64,000 nucleotides of DNA from a virus (IMGVR_UViG_3300044995_000369:15196-79195), one strand, 5' to 3'. Shown: positions 51,158 through 61,776, counted from the first letter of the stretch. The notes: a model not told the origin generated them from the letters alone. A program made the numbers and translations.

Positions 51158-54100
51158 TACCTTAGTGCAAGACTATTAATATAATTCATAACTTGGGAAG
51201 TAGTTGGAGGATAATTACCAGCTGTTTGAAATCCCCCTTTCCCACTGAGCATAATGTTTGCATCTTCTATATAGTCGTTAGGGTCAAGCCTTTTGGGCTG
51301 TCTTATGATTGGTCTAACAATCTGATCAATACCTTTGTCTTTGGAATGGATAGGAGCCAAAAATTGTGGTTTTTTTGAAGAGTTAACAAGTACTGGTTTG
51401 TTATCTAGTAAGGACTCAGGTACCCCTATTATTGTAGTATTTGGTACTCTCTCTCTGCTCATTTTAGCCAAGAGTAAAGAACCATTACTTATACTTTTTC
51501 CAGTAGAACTGGCGTCAGATTTCATCAATGTACCATCATAATCGTGATAACTCTTCAACTCAAATCCACCACGATTGAAGCTTATGAACCTGTCATATTT
51601 GGATAAGCTTTTCCTATTTGCCATGATGGAAGAAAGATAGCTTTGGTCTTTTATGAAACCTGTAGGTTCTATCTTAATTTCCTGGTTGTACGGAAGAAGA
51701 ATAGGTTCCTCAAAAATGGCTGCTGACTTGTAGGTTTTTTTGGAAAGATGAGTCCTACCAATCCAATAGGGGCTAAAAGAAGGTTTATCAAAAGAGTATA
51801 CTTTCGGGATCCTTGTTGCTATATAAGATTCATCTGCAGCCAAAATACCAATGTTTTGTCTCATGAAGCTGAAAACATTACTCTGGTCTATATATACATC
51901 CCTTCCCGCCCTAGGAAAAGTCAAACCAAAAGTTTTAACTTTGTCAGAAGGTCCTGAACTCCCAATGAAGAATCCTTTAGAAACCTGATATCTGATAGGG
52001 TTTTTAGAAGTATAGGCCTTATCTAAAGATATTTTGAGATCGTTCCATACAGATAGCCTGTCTGACCTAACTAGTTCTTGAAGTTTCCTGTTTAAAGTAG
52101 GAGAACTTAACCTATTCCTAATAGTTCTATCTAAGATCAGCTTTTCAACCCTAGGAGTGGTTTTGTTCAAAACAGAAGAATACTGTTCTATTTCAAGTAG
52201 CTCCTGAATTGCTCTTTTTTCTGAAGAAATAACTGCCGGCATCAGGGCTCTTTTTTCCATACCTTGGATGAACTTATCTGAAAGGCTAAACCTAGAAAAA
52301 TCAGAGGGCTTTAATTTTATTCTTTTCAGTATTGCTTCAGCAAACTTCCCAACTACTCCCAAACTTATAGCACTGTTAAAAGGAGTAGTTAACACTCTTC
52401 TGGCAACGGTTTCCATAGAGTTGTGTTCACCAGTTTCAATAGAAGCTCCTGGTGAATCTTCAGCGTTATTCCTCACCAACCATAAGAATCCAGCTAGTGC
52501 AGCAACTCTTGAGATTGCTGGGGAAGTTAAAGCTTTAGCAAGGAGCCCGGGATTCTTAGTAGAAAACTTTGATAACCTTTCCATTTGAGAAACATATTGA
52601 GCAGAGGACGAATTGAAATCAGCATCCATCTTTTTTATCAACAAGGACTCCAACTCTTTTTTAAAGGTATTTCTAAATTCGGACTCTAATTTTCCAGAAG
52701 TTTCGGCTTCAGGGGCTTCTTTAACAAGACTCTTTTTTAAATTCGAGTACAATTTTCCCAAAACATTTACTCCCTTTTTGGAGAAGCCAGCCTTTTTATT
52801 GTTTATTATGTTAAAAATATCTTCTATACTTGACTGCTGGGCAATGTAATCAGTAGCTATTTTTAGCTGAATTTTCCTGGCAACTGTTGCAGATAAGTCT
52901 ACTAATCCATAAGGACTTTCTGTAACAGTCCTAAGGTTAGTCCCTTTTATCTTCTGAACTGTTTTGGATCTATAGTGATTTGAACCTGAGAAGATACTTT
53001 CTAGAATTAAGCGAACGTGGTTCAAGTCTCTTGCGTCTAGTGCTCCAGTGTGAAACTCCTTTGCCCCTGGGTCTAGCAGTATTTGATAAAGGTTTTCCAA
53101 TGACAGCCCCTTACCTCTGTCACCTATGAAAGAGCCTACAGTAGACTCTTGAAGGTTTCTCAATACACTTATAGGGACAAACTTTTCAAGGATGCGAGTT
53201 ACCCCCGTAGATGTATCTGAAAGGTTTGCTTTTATGTTAGGAAGTAGTCTATCAAACAAGGTTTCTGTTACACTTTTTATGTCTACTAATTTACTTTTTG
53301 CATTTTTAAGTAATATGAGGGACTCTTCCAAGTCCTTAATAGTCTCTTTATTTGCACCTCTTGCTTTGGCAGCTTTTAGCTCACTTTCAAGAGCATTGAT
53401 CTTGATATTAAATGCTCCTGTTTCTGCTGAGGAGTAAATGCTTACTTGTTTTGCCTCCATTCGGTTCACTGCTTCCGTCACAGAACCCATAAGATTGTTC
53501 GTTATTTTGGTCTCTTCATAATAAGTCTGCCTTCCTCTTTTTTCGTCCAGTTGTCTTTGTACAACTCCAAGATATACTTCTCCATAAATCATGTGACTGC
53601 TTTGGCGAGACGCCAGGTCTTTGTTTCTTTTGCTTGCTTTATCATCAGCTTCTTCCTTTAGAAAAACTAAGAAGTCCTTTAACTTGTTTTTATCTGTTTC
53701 CTTTTCTTGAAATGCGTTCTCGAACGCCCTTATAAAGTCTTTTATGTGTTTCTCTCCTTGTTCCACAACTGTAGTTCCAAGATCTAGTGGTTTGATCTCT
53801 TTGATTTTTTTGGCAATACTACCCAGTTTTGCTATTGCCCTTTGCCTGCTCTTTTCAAACCACTTTTTTTGATTTTCGTTCATCCAAGCAGGAGCAAAAC
53901 TTTCCCCAGAAACATAAGCTCTTATAGCATCATACATCAGAGCTATGTTTTTCTTACCATACTTGTTTCTTTCGGAAATACCTTTATCTGCATATTCAAT
54001 CATCATATTGATATCAAAGTAGGTAGTAAGTTTGTCTTTATAAGAACGAATATTTTTAAGTCTACCCCGAGAAAGAACACCGTCGTACTCAGGTAGAGTA

Positions 54101-54666
54101 TATATAGTTTCTACCGTTTCTGTAATGCCGGCAGAGTATATGTTTTCAAAGGATATTCTCTTTTGGACATCATCTATGTGCGATTCAAAATCTAAAGATA
54201 CAACCCTTCTTGTTACCTTCTCAGCTTGTTCAACAAGGATTTGATTAAGAGCTTTACCTTTGAGATGTTCTGCCTTATTGAGTTCACTTATAAGTTCTGC
54301 TTTTTCAGTTGAACCTAGCTTTTCTGACCTTATGTCTGTTTTTATCCCTTCTTTCAGGTAGGTTAAAGTTTCCCTAGCCAAGGATGTGGCAATTCTTTTA
54401 TTAGCAATAACTTCTATACCGTTAACAATTCTTACGGTTACTTTTTTCTTTCCATCAAAAAACCTAATATCTGCAGGGTAAGACTGATGGGTTCTTATAT
54501 TTAGGAGAGTATTAATTCCCCTAAACTCGTAAACACCGGTCGCTGCCGGGTCATTCTCTACTTTGAGTTCGAATGGTATTCCTTCCCTTATTAAGGGATT
54601 GTCCCTGAGGAATTCTTGAACCCCGTTGTATACCCCTGTCTTTTCAGAAGCTTGACCAGAAAACAT
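51154..54666 (-). CDS. Large protein with dispersed DEDDh (DnaQ-like) exonuclease motifs
   Basis: ExoI-like VVSLDFES and ExoIII-like GLSLENLY...FHTGALDARD; ExoII is not clearly seen. Confidence 0.6.
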   Translation of the reverse strand: MFSGQASEKTGVYNGVQEFLRDNPLIREGIPFELKVENDPAATGVYEFRGINTLLNIRTHQSYPADIRFFDGKKKVTVRIVNGIEVIANKRIATSLARETLTYLKEGIKTDIRSEKLGSTEKAELISELNKAEHLKGKALNQILVEQAEKVTRRVVSLDFESHIDDVQKRISFENIYSAGITETVETIYTLPEYDGVLSRGRLKNIRSYKDKLTTYFDINMMIEYADKGISERNKYGKKNIALMYDAIRAYVSGESFAPAWMNENQKKWFEKSRQRAIAKLGSIAKKIKEIKPLDLGTTVVEQGEKHIKDFIRAFENAFQEKETDKNKLKDFLVFLKEEADDKASKRNKDLASRQSSHMIYGEVYLGVVQRQLDEKRGRQTYYEETKITNNLMGSVTEAVNRMEAKQVSIYSSAETGAFNIKINALESELKAAKARGANKETIKDLEESLILLKNAKSKLVDIKSVTETLFDRLLPNIKANLSDTSTGVTRILEKFVPISVLRNLQESTVGSFIGDRGKGLSLENLYQILLDPGAKEFHTGALDARDLNHVRLILESIFSGSNHYRSKTVQKIKGTNLRTVTESPYGLVDLSATVARKIQLKIATDYIAQQSSIEDIFNIINNKKAGFSKKGVNVLGKLYSNLKKSLVKEAPEAETSGKLESEFRNTFKKELESLLIKKMDADFNSSSAQYVSQMERLSKFSTKNPGLLAKALTSPAISRVAALAGFLWLVRNNAEDSPGASIETGEHNSMETVARRVLTTPFNSAISLGVVGKFAEAILKRIKLKPSDFSRFSLSDKFIQGMEKRALMPAVISSEKRAIQELLEIEQYSSVLNKTTPRVEKLILDRTIRNRLSSPTLNRKLQELVRSDRLSVWNDLKISLDKAYTSKNPIRYQVSKGFFIGSSGPSDKVKTFGLTFPRAGRDVYIDQSNVFSFMRQNIGILAADESYIATRIPKVYSFDKPSFSPYWIGRTHLSKKTYKSAAIFEEPILLPYNQEIKIEPTGFIKDQSYLSSIMANRKSLSKYDRFISFNRGGFELKSYHDYDGTLMKSDASSTGKSISNGSLLLAKMSRERVPNTTIIGVPESLLDNKPVLVNSSKKPQFLAPIHSKDKGIDQIVRPIIRQPKRLDPNDYIEDANIMLSGKGGFQTAGNYPPTTSQVMNYINSLALRY

Positions 54667-54684
54667 CCTTCTATAGATAATAAA

Positions 54685-55497
54685 CTACTTGGATGCTTCC
54701 GTCGCAGTATCTGCTTCATCTATAACTATCTCTGAAGAAGTTGCAATCCTTCTTGCCTGATCCAGTATGCTCTTTTTTTGCTCTGTTATAGTGGGTGCCC
54801 TTTGTAGATTTTTAATTCTCTGAACCATTTCCGGAGTGGCAAGAAGCTGACGAAGGATTTTATCTCTTCTGTTATTTAGCTCTCTTTTAAGTTTACTTGC
54901 AACAGATTCTTGAAGTACAAATTCTGTACCAGTTTCTGTTGCAAATGCAGGTACCAACATAGTCAACCCAACATCAGCTATCAAGGCATTTGCTCTAAAT
55001 GACATTATTTCAATTTCAACAACTTGCGATATAAGGGAAAGTATAACTGGGTCCTTTTCTATATCTTCTATCGACCTGATTGTGTGTATTTTTTGGGTTA
55101 CCGCTTCTTTATAGTCAGTAATGAGCCTTTCATAAAGATCAATTTCTACGGGGCAAGCTCTCCCTAATGGAGCTTTTTTTATGATAGCTAAAGGGCACCT
55201 ATTCCACGATTCACAAGTATCTTGACAGGTTCTAATTATGTTAGAACCAATCCCCATAGAATTGATTTTGATAGTGTCTTTTAGTTTTGCGTACTGGTCT
55301 GGAGTAAGACCTTTCTCCAATACTTCAAGACTATTTATACCCGCAAGGTACTTGATTACTTCCTGATCCGCATTTTGAACGGTTATCAAAGAAGTATTTT
55401 TGGAATCTTCTTCAGAATCTCTGTAGTCCTCAACAATATAATCTTCCTCTTTTTCAGAGAGATCTTTTTCTGGTTTTGACTTCTTTCTTATGGACAT
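54685..55497 (-). CDS. Cys-cluster protein, candidate terminase small subunit
   Basis: CQDTCESWNRCP...GRACPVE followed by a helical hairpin and LRQLLATPE; heads the virion block. Function is inferred only. Confidence 0.4.
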   Translation of the reverse strand: MSIRKKSKPEKDLSEKEEDYIVEDYRDSEEDSKNTSLITVQNADQEVIKYLAGINSLEVLEKGLTPDQYAKLKDTIKINSMGIGSNIIRTCQDTCESWNRCPLAIIKKAPLGRACPVEIDLYERLITDYKEAVTQKIHTIRSIEDIEKDPVILSLISQVVEIEIMSFRANALIADVGLTMLVPAFATETGTEFVLQESVASKLKRELNNRRDKILRQLLATPEMVQRIKNLQRAPTITEQKKSILDQARRIATSSEIVIDEADTATEASK

Positions 55498-55503
55498 AGA
55501 AAG

Positions 55504-55749
55504 TTAGATCTTTTCCATGAGATTGACCTGTTCATCGAACCACTTAACTCCGCCCAATCTGTATATCTCTTTGAGTATCTCCGAATCTTCCTTATTTACT
55601 ATTTTCAAGTTGTTATTTTTCATTTTTTCCATGAGGATTATCAAGGATTCCCTGCTAATTTGTCTTTCTATGGGCTCTTTGTTACTTCCCCTAACAAGAC
55701 TTATTATAGCTGTCTCGTAATCGCTATTATAATCTAACATTCTTAGCAT
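55504..55749 (-). CDS. Small hypothetical protein (start revised to MLRMLDY)
   Basis: AAGGAG SD upstream of the ATG at 55749; the longer ORF-track version overlaps the divergent gene. Confidence 0.6.
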   Translation of the reverse strand: MLRMLDYNSDYETAIISLVRGSNKEPIERQISRESLIILMEKMKNNNLKIVNKEDSEILKEIYRLGGVKWFDEQVNLMEKI

Positions 55750-55756
55750 AATATTG

Positions 55757-55784
55757 TTGACTCCTTGTTCCTTTAAGATATAAT
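55757..55784 (+). promoter_or_regulatory. Sigma70-type promoter TTGACT-N16-TATAAT for the DNA polymerase operon
   Basis: Near-consensus hexamers, 21 nt upstream of the ATG at 55806. Confidence 0.7.
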
Positions 55785-55805
55785 ATCTTACCAAAAAGTT
55801 ATAAC

Positions 55806-56831
55806 ATGTCAAGTAATAAAGAAAAGACAAAAAATCAAAAAACATTTTTTAGGTCAGTGGAAGACATAAGGACTTCTGCACTATCTTCTTATACTACTGT
55901 ACTATCTAGGGCTATACATTTATTTCAACTGACAGAGTCTCAAGGAATGCCACTCCACCAAGCAAGTTCTATAGTATTTGACTTCATAAGAAACTACACA
56001 ATTTATTCACTTCCGATAGAGCTGTTAAAGAACACAACTACAGACATGGATCAATTTAAACATGACTGTTTTGTCCTTACCAAGGAAACTATAGATTCCT
56101 GTAGCGTATCAGGTAGGGAAAAAGAAACACTAGGTCTGATCTTGAAAGAGATATTTTATGACTTCCCTGCAAGAACTTACAATAACTTGGAATTAATGCC
56201 ATACATTACTTACTTAACAAATGGGATATCCTTTGAAAACAGGGAATCAGATAGTGAAGAAGTCCTGGTATTCAAAACATTATGTTACCCCCTTATAATC
56301 TTCTATGCACACAAATATCCACTACTAGAACCTGCAAGCAAAGAAGAAATAGAAAGGGATATAGACAAATTTCTGACTGCTTCTATAAATGCATACGCAC
56401 AAATGTGTTTATACGATAAGATAGTACATGCACAGACTTTAACTCCAGTACAAGCAGCGATACACTTGCTGAGCTACTGTCTAGATGTTTTAAATAGAAT
56501 ACTCGAGCAGAATGCTTTTGAGTATTCTGTAGAAACTTTGTTTGCAGGGTATAAGATACTTGTAGAAGTATCTGAGGACAAAAAGGATCCAGATCTGAAT
56601 AAACTTCTAAAAGTATTTGACAAATATAGGGGACAGTCAGTCAAACAGCAAAAAACTACTGAAACAAAAAAAGATAGAGGAGACATAGATGAGCAGGAAA
56701 GCAAAACAAAAAGAAAAATCAACACCAATACTACAGTTCCCAGGACAGCCACCAAAGGAAAAAACAGAAGAAACAAAGATAAGTTTTCTAACAATATTCA
56801 GCCTTCTCGCAAGAAGAAACCTAGTATTTAG
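55806..56831 (+). CDS. Hypothetical helical protein
   Basis: 341-aa ORF; its Lys-rich tail overlaps the next gene. Confidence 0.7.
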   Translation: MSSNKEKTKNQKTFFRSVEDIRTSALSSYTTVLSRAIHLFQLTESQGMPLHQASSIVFDFIRNYTIYSLPIELLKNTTTDMDQFKHDCFVLTKETIDSCSVSGREKETLGLILKEIFYDFPARTYNNLELMPYITYLTNGISFENRESDSEEVLVFKTLCYPLIIFYAHKYPLLEPASKEEIERDIDKFLTASINAYAQMCLYDKIVHAQTLTPVQAAIHLLSYCLDVLNRILEQNAFEYSVETLFAGYKILVEVSEDKKDPDLNKLLKVFDKYRGQSVKQQKTTETKKDRGDIDEQESKTKRKINTNTTVPRTATKGKNRRNKDKFSNNIQPSRKKKPSI

Positions 56832-57882
56832 CACTATTACAGACCTACTTTCAACTCTCGGAGGAGAAAAGAGCCAAGATAAAGCATTGACTCTTGCGGA
56901 CTTAACTTTTCTCTGTGAATACACACTAAGTAACTTTACAACAATGCAAACAACCCTGAATAGAGCTCAGGACACTTACTTCAATATAGATGAAAAAGCA
57001 CTGGGTAGGGCAGTTGCACCTAATGACCTCCATGAACCTATAAAAAGAACAGTTGCTTTGTTTTATTTGGTTTTGAAAGAATCTGGTATTCCAAAGACGG
57101 TTTATGAAAACTTTTTGACAAACGAAGAAGAACACAGATCAAAAATACTTTACCCTGCTTGTAGGTTCATGGCGGATACGTATGCTCATGCAATGAGGGC
57201 AACACAAGCAATCGGTTCTTTAATTGATCCGTTAAGCATATCTTCTGAAGCAGAAAGATACATGGAGGAAGAAGAACTAACCAGCTTTGCAAAAGCAGTT
57301 GGACCAATGGTTCCTACTGTTTTTGTTGGAAATATTTTGAAGCCAGAAGAAGAAATGACACTATTAACAGATGAAATTATCACTAAGTACTTGTTGAAGA
57401 TAGCTATTCTTTCTCATGTATGCAATTCAGTAAGTATCATATTGAAAGACATAGCATCCAGGAACCAAGAAATCGCAGCCATGTTAAACTTGATTCATTG
57501 TTCGACCACTTCTTTGTCACTACTTGCAACTGAGGAAGCAACAAGCAGCGTAGAGAAGTCATTCAAAGAGGCTTATATTGAACTGATTGCAGAAATAGTT
57601 AACACCTTCAGCATACTATTTCAGAAAAAAGAATCAAAGGAAACTGAAGATAAGTACTTTGTAGAGAACAAACTAGTCGATGATTTTTACAACACTACAA
57701 GAGTTATTTTTAACAACATGGCAGAGCAAGCCAATAAATCAGGGGAAGAAGCCAGAAAGGATAGTGATAAAGAATTTAGGAAGATCAAGTTGATATCAGA
57801 TTCAGATGTTGAAGAAATGAAAGCTGAAACTAAAAGAATCATAATTGAACACTTGGAGAAAACAAGACAGCACCAATCTTGA
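56689..57882 (+). CDS. Hypothetical helical protein
   Basis: 397-aa ORF with GAGGAG SD. Confidence 0.75.
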   Translation: MSRKAKQKEKSTPILQFPGQPPKEKTEETKISFLTIFSLLARRNLVFSTITDLLSTLGGEKSQDKALTLADLTFLCEYTLSNFTTMQTTLNRAQDTYFNIDEKALGRAVAPNDLHEPIKRTVALFYLVLKESGIPKTVYENFLTNEEEHRSKILYPACRFMADTYAHAMRATQAIGSLIDPLSISSEAERYMEEEELTSFAKAVGPMVPTVFVGNILKPEEEMTLLTDEIITKYLLKIAILSHVCNSVSIILKDIASRNQEIAAMLNLIHCSTTSLSLLATEEATSSVEKSFKEAYIELIAEIVNTFSILFQKKESKETEDKYFVENKLVDDFYNTTRVIFNNMAEQANKSGEEARKDSDKEFRKIKLISDSDVEEMKAETKRIIIEHLEKTRQHQS

Positions 57883-57889
57883 TAGCTAA

Positions 57890-60655
57890 ATGCTTTATTT
57901 TGCTCAGCATACCAGAGAGGATAAAGTATTTGTCACTTCCGATAAGTTCAGTGGGGAAATTGACTTTTCTCCATATGGATTTTGGGGAGTTGTTGAATCT
58001 GGAAATGATGACGACTCTTTAAAATTTGTAGGAGATGTTTCCCCAAGAAAGGGTTTCAAACTACAAAAATTTGAATCTCCCTATCCACCAAAAGGGCCAG
58101 ACGGTAAGCAGTTAGATTGCAAGATATGGCCGATATATGAGCAACTCTCATACTTCATGGATGAAAAGACCTATAAGCAATTATTCGGGGATTTGAATTT
58201 AAAGCCAAATGTCCTGTTTTTTGACATAGAAGTGCTCAATAAAAAGGGAGAAGCACTAGAGATAGGTAAATATCCAATATGCATGATTGGAGTTATGCAT
58301 AATGGAAAGGTCACTATAATAGACAGGGAAGATGAAAGAGACACAATATTAGACTTCCTAAGGATGATATGGAAACTTGATCCTCATATTGTCTGCGGAT
58401 ATTTTTCAAAGTCGTTTGATATTCCATACATTTTGGAAAGAATGAAAATACTAGGTATAGAGTTTCCATTTCACCTTCACAGAATGGATCCCGAGGAAAT
58501 CCCTGTAAAGTATTTGCCAGCAAATCATGAAAGGAGAATAAATGCAACAAAAGAAAAGTATCTAAGACTAAATAAAGAGAGCATATCAACTGAGACTGCC
58601 ATAGAATATGCAAAGAAAGAAATAAATGAGTGGAGATCGAAGCAAGAAGAAGGTTGGCTGCCATATGAACTTTCTTTTGGATTTGGCAGAGTCCACTATG
58701 ACTTATATGAATCAGTAAAGCTGGATACTAAAGCAATCAACAAAATCAAGAACAAAAGAATGAAGACTGTTTCTGAATTTTATGGATCCAAAACGATTGT
58801 TGATTTGACAGACGAAGAAAAAGCCGACATGAGCACTCTATATAAAACAAATAAGCAAAGAATGATCACATATCTAAACTCAGATATGCTCCAAACTGAA
58901 TATTTGTTCAATATATACTACCCACTGTATGCATCTCAATCAATAATGGCAAATACTACTTTTAACTATATCGTACAAGGTACAAGCAGAGCACCATTTT
59001 CCAAACTTTTTATAGGTAGGATATTTTGCAAGAACAATATTTATCCGTACATGAAGAACTCTTCAAGAAATGCTAATATGTTCAGAGAGTTAACAGATGG
59101 AGGGAAGTTCAGAGGAGCATATACTGGAATAAAGAAACTTGGAAGATTTAGATCGGTGAGCAAAGTAGATGTCAATTCAATGTATCCCAACATAATCATT
59201 ACATTTAACATAAGTCCTGAAACGGTAAGCTACTTAGGCTATGAGAACTTAAGACAAGTTGGGGAAGAAGAAGTAAGCACAACAATAGACAAATATGTTA
59301 TTAGGAACGGGTATTATCCTATTTTACTTGAGCAAAGAACTGATGATTATATCCAGATACTGATCCCAGATGACAAGGTATCCAAGTACATAAGATTTAG
59401 AATAGACATGTCAAAAAAAGGCATAATATCGAGTGAGATAGACAAGCTATTACAAGAGAGAAAATCTGTCAGAAGCAAAATGAAGGACTTAAAAGAGGAT
59501 TCTGCAGAGTATAAGATCTTAGACTCAATACAGAACAATATCAAGATTTCAGCAAACGCCGTCTTTGGAATAATGGGAAACCCGCATTTTGATGTCGGTG
59601 ATCTATCTTGTGCAATGTTGATTACAGCGTTTGGTAGAGAACTGAGTCACTATATGACTACTTATCTAGGGGAAGGAGTAATTGAAATAGATACAGATGG
59701 AATCTATGTAGATGGGAAAGTAGATGTCGATAAGCTGAACGAGGATATTACGAAAGCACTAGAAGAGAAGTACAAAAAGTTTTTGATTAAGCAAGCAATG
59801 AAACTTGATCTTGAACTACAAGACGCAGTCGGTATGTTCTTAGGAATGAAAAACTATGTTCTTAAGAAGCCAGATGGTTCAATAGAAACAAAAGGTTCTT
59901 CTTTAAGGGGAAGCTCAAAGGCACCATACATAGAAAAGATTATTAGAGAAGCAGCGATTAAATTAATAGATTACAAAGATACTATCCAAGCGAGGAAAGA
60001 AGTAAACGACTTAATGTATAGTACAGAATGGAAACCCGAAGACTTTAAGCAAACGTTGGCTATAACTAAGGACGAAGATGAATACAAAATAGATGGCGGA
60101 TTCAGTGCTGTTCTTTCTGATTTGTTCGAAACATTGTCAATATCTGATCCAGAGCAAATTTACAAAAGACTAAGAACGCTTGTGGAGAGAGAAGTATACA
60201 CAGCAATACAAATACAGGGGAAGGATATATTTGACAATGTTAAGTTGAAAGAGGAAGATGTATATGTTCCCCAGCCAATTGCAAGCTTTGTAAATAACTC
60301 CAATAAGGTCCTAAAAGAATACCGCAAAGGAGCCATAACAAAAGAAAAGTGTGGAGAACAGTTGTTGTTTTTTGCTGAGAGCTCTATCACTTTAGCAAGG
60401 CCAAAGAAAGAAAAGGGGAAAATGGGTATTCCACTACGTCTGATGAAGAGTGCAAAAGCTCAGGGTGTCTTGATATTGAAAGGAGAAACTTTAGAGTATT
60501 ATCAAGCGATAGGAGAAGAACCTTTGAGACTATTCACTTCTGAAAACTTGAAAAAGTATCCCATAAATGTCTCAGCTTACAGGAAACTAGTGGATAACAC
60601 AATCACTTCTATGTTTGAGTATATATCAGAACAAGAAACAGCAAGTTTGTTTTGA
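57890..60655 (+). CDS. polB: Family B DNA polymerase with 3'-5' exonuclease
   Basis: ExoI FFDIE, ExoII FDIPY, ExoIII YLNSD; polymerase motifs DVNSMYP, KISANAVFG, DTDG and KNY. Confidence 0.95.
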   Translation: MLYFAQHTREDKVFVTSDKFSGEIDFSPYGFWGVVESGNDDDSLKFVGDVSPRKGFKLQKFESPYPPKGPDGKQLDCKIWPIYEQLSYFMDEKTYKQLFGDLNLKPNVLFFDIEVLNKKGEALEIGKYPICMIGVMHNGKVTIIDREDERDTILDFLRMIWKLDPHIVCGYFSKSFDIPYILERMKILGIEFPFHLHRMDPEEIPVKYLPANHERRINATKEKYLRLNKESISTETAIEYAKKEINEWRSKQEEGWLPYELSFGFGRVHYDLYESVKLDTKAINKIKNKRMKTVSEFYGSKTIVDLTDEEKADMSTLYKTNKQRMITYLNSDMLQTEYLFNIYYPLYASQSIMANTTFNYIVQGTSRAPFSKLFIGRIFCKNNIYPYMKNSSRNANMFRELTDGGKFRGAYTGIKKLGRFRSVSKVDVNSMYPNIIITFNISPETVSYLGYENLRQVGEEEVSTTIDKYVIRNGYYPILLEQRTDDYIQILIPDDKVSKYIRFRIDMSKKGIISSEIDKLLQERKSVRSKMKDLKEDSAEYKILDSIQNNIKISANAVFGIMGNPHFDVGDLSCAMLITAFGRELSHYMTTYLGEGVIEIDTDGIYVDGKVDVDKLNEDITKALEEKYKKFLIKQAMKLDLELQDAVGMFLGMKNYVLKKPDGSIETKGSSLRGSSKAPYIEKIIREAAIKLIDYKDTIQARKEVNDLMYSTEWKPEDFKQTLAITKDEDEYKIDGGFSAVLSDLFETLSISDPEQIYKRLRTLVEREVYTAIQIQGKDIFDNVKLKEEDVYVPQPIASFVNNSNKVLKEYRKGAITKEKCGEQLLFFAESSITLARPKKEKGKMGIPLRLMKSAKAQGVLILKGETLEYYQAIGEEPLRLFTSENLKKYPINVSAYRKLVDNTITSMFEYISEQETASLF

Positions 60656-60711
60656 GCTTTCCACCTGACAAACGAAGACTTTAAATAACCAGACCAAAAA
60701 AGGAGGAACTT

Positions 60712-61353
60712 ATGAAGTTTAATAATGATATGGCAAAACAGAGTCCAAGCAATGCTTGGTTCAATTGGAGAGGACAATTCAAGTCTGATGAGGAAGCACT
60801 TGTATCCCTACTTAGGGTTATAAACTCTAGGATAAAAAATCAGAGAATAACAAAAAACGGATGGTTTACTAGGAGATATAACAACCAGAAGGTTATAAAG
60901 AAGGGTTACAGAACAAAAGAGCACGCTTTGCTCCTTTTGGAAAGCAAAGGGTTTTTGAGTGCCTGCTACCCAGAACAAATAATCCCAATGTACACATGCA
61001 ACTTTTGCTATTCAGGTTGTATACTATGCGACGGTAGGAAATATGTATACAACAAAATACTGTACAAGAAAATATTCCATATCGGAGGAAAAGTCTATAG
61101 TTTTCATTCTATCCTTAAACCAGCAGATGAAACAAAGTTACTTAATAAGACACAGGCAGTAACAACTTGTGAATTTGAAGATGTTGATCAAAGAAACTTC
61201 GATGTAAAGCTGGCTTGCAGATCCCTAGAAGCTGCAGTAAGAATACTAGGAGGACAATATTTTGAAGCTCCGCTTTCCCTGAAAAGATTGTTTATGGATA
61301 ATAGGGAATCCTTCGAACTACTTTCTCGCGCTAAACAAGAGCTGTCTTTTTAG
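60712..61353 (+). CDS. Hypothetical protein with CxxC..CxxC zinc motif
   Basis: AGGAGG SD; CNFCYSGCILC. Confidence 0.75.
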   Translation: MKFNNDMAKQSPSNAWFNWRGQFKSDEEALVSLLRVINSRIKNQRITKNGWFTRRYNNQKVIKKGYRTKEHALLLLESKGFLSACYPEQIIPMYTCNFCYSGCILCDGRKYVYNKILYKKIFHIGGKVYSFHSILKPADETKLLNKTQAVTTCEFEDVDQRNFDVKLACRSLEAAVRILGGQYFEAPLSLKRLFMDNRESFELLSRAKQELSF

Positions 61354-61722
61354 TTCCTTGAGAGTCATTGGTTTCGAATAAATCATGTCTCTCTCTTTTT
61401 TGATAGTTTGTCCTTCTTTGGAAACATTAGAAGTAGTATATAGATCTACTTCTATGTTTCCATCTGGGAACACAAAGATACTGTAAATTCTTTTTGCCTT
61501 CCTTGCTAGAACGTCGAACCTGATAGCAGATATACTAGGATCTATAGATACATTAGTTTCTATAAGCATAAGATCTGCTAATTCTTTTGATATCTCTTTA
61601 CAAACAGTTATTTGCTCTTCTGTTGGTACAAACTGTTGCTGTTTTTCTGGTTCTAAGATGTCCTCTGAGACGAATGACCTTTCTACTCTATCATTTGCTT
61701 TTTCTTCTTGCTGTTCTTCCAT
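61318..61722 (-). CDS. Hypothetical protein (likely start MEEQQ)
   Basis: Open ORF with plausible composition, convergent with 60712..61353. Confidence 0.6.
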   Translation of the reverse strand: MEEQQEEKANDRVERSFVSEDILEPEKQQQFVPTEEQITVCKEISKELADLMLIETNVSIDPSISAIRFDVLARKAKRIYSIFVFPDGNIEVDLYTTSNVSKEGQTIKKERDMIYSKPMTLKELKRQLLFSARK

Positions 61723-61776
61723 TTTGGAAAGAAACCATAATCTACACAAAAAGTCAATACAGATTCTTGTTAAAGT

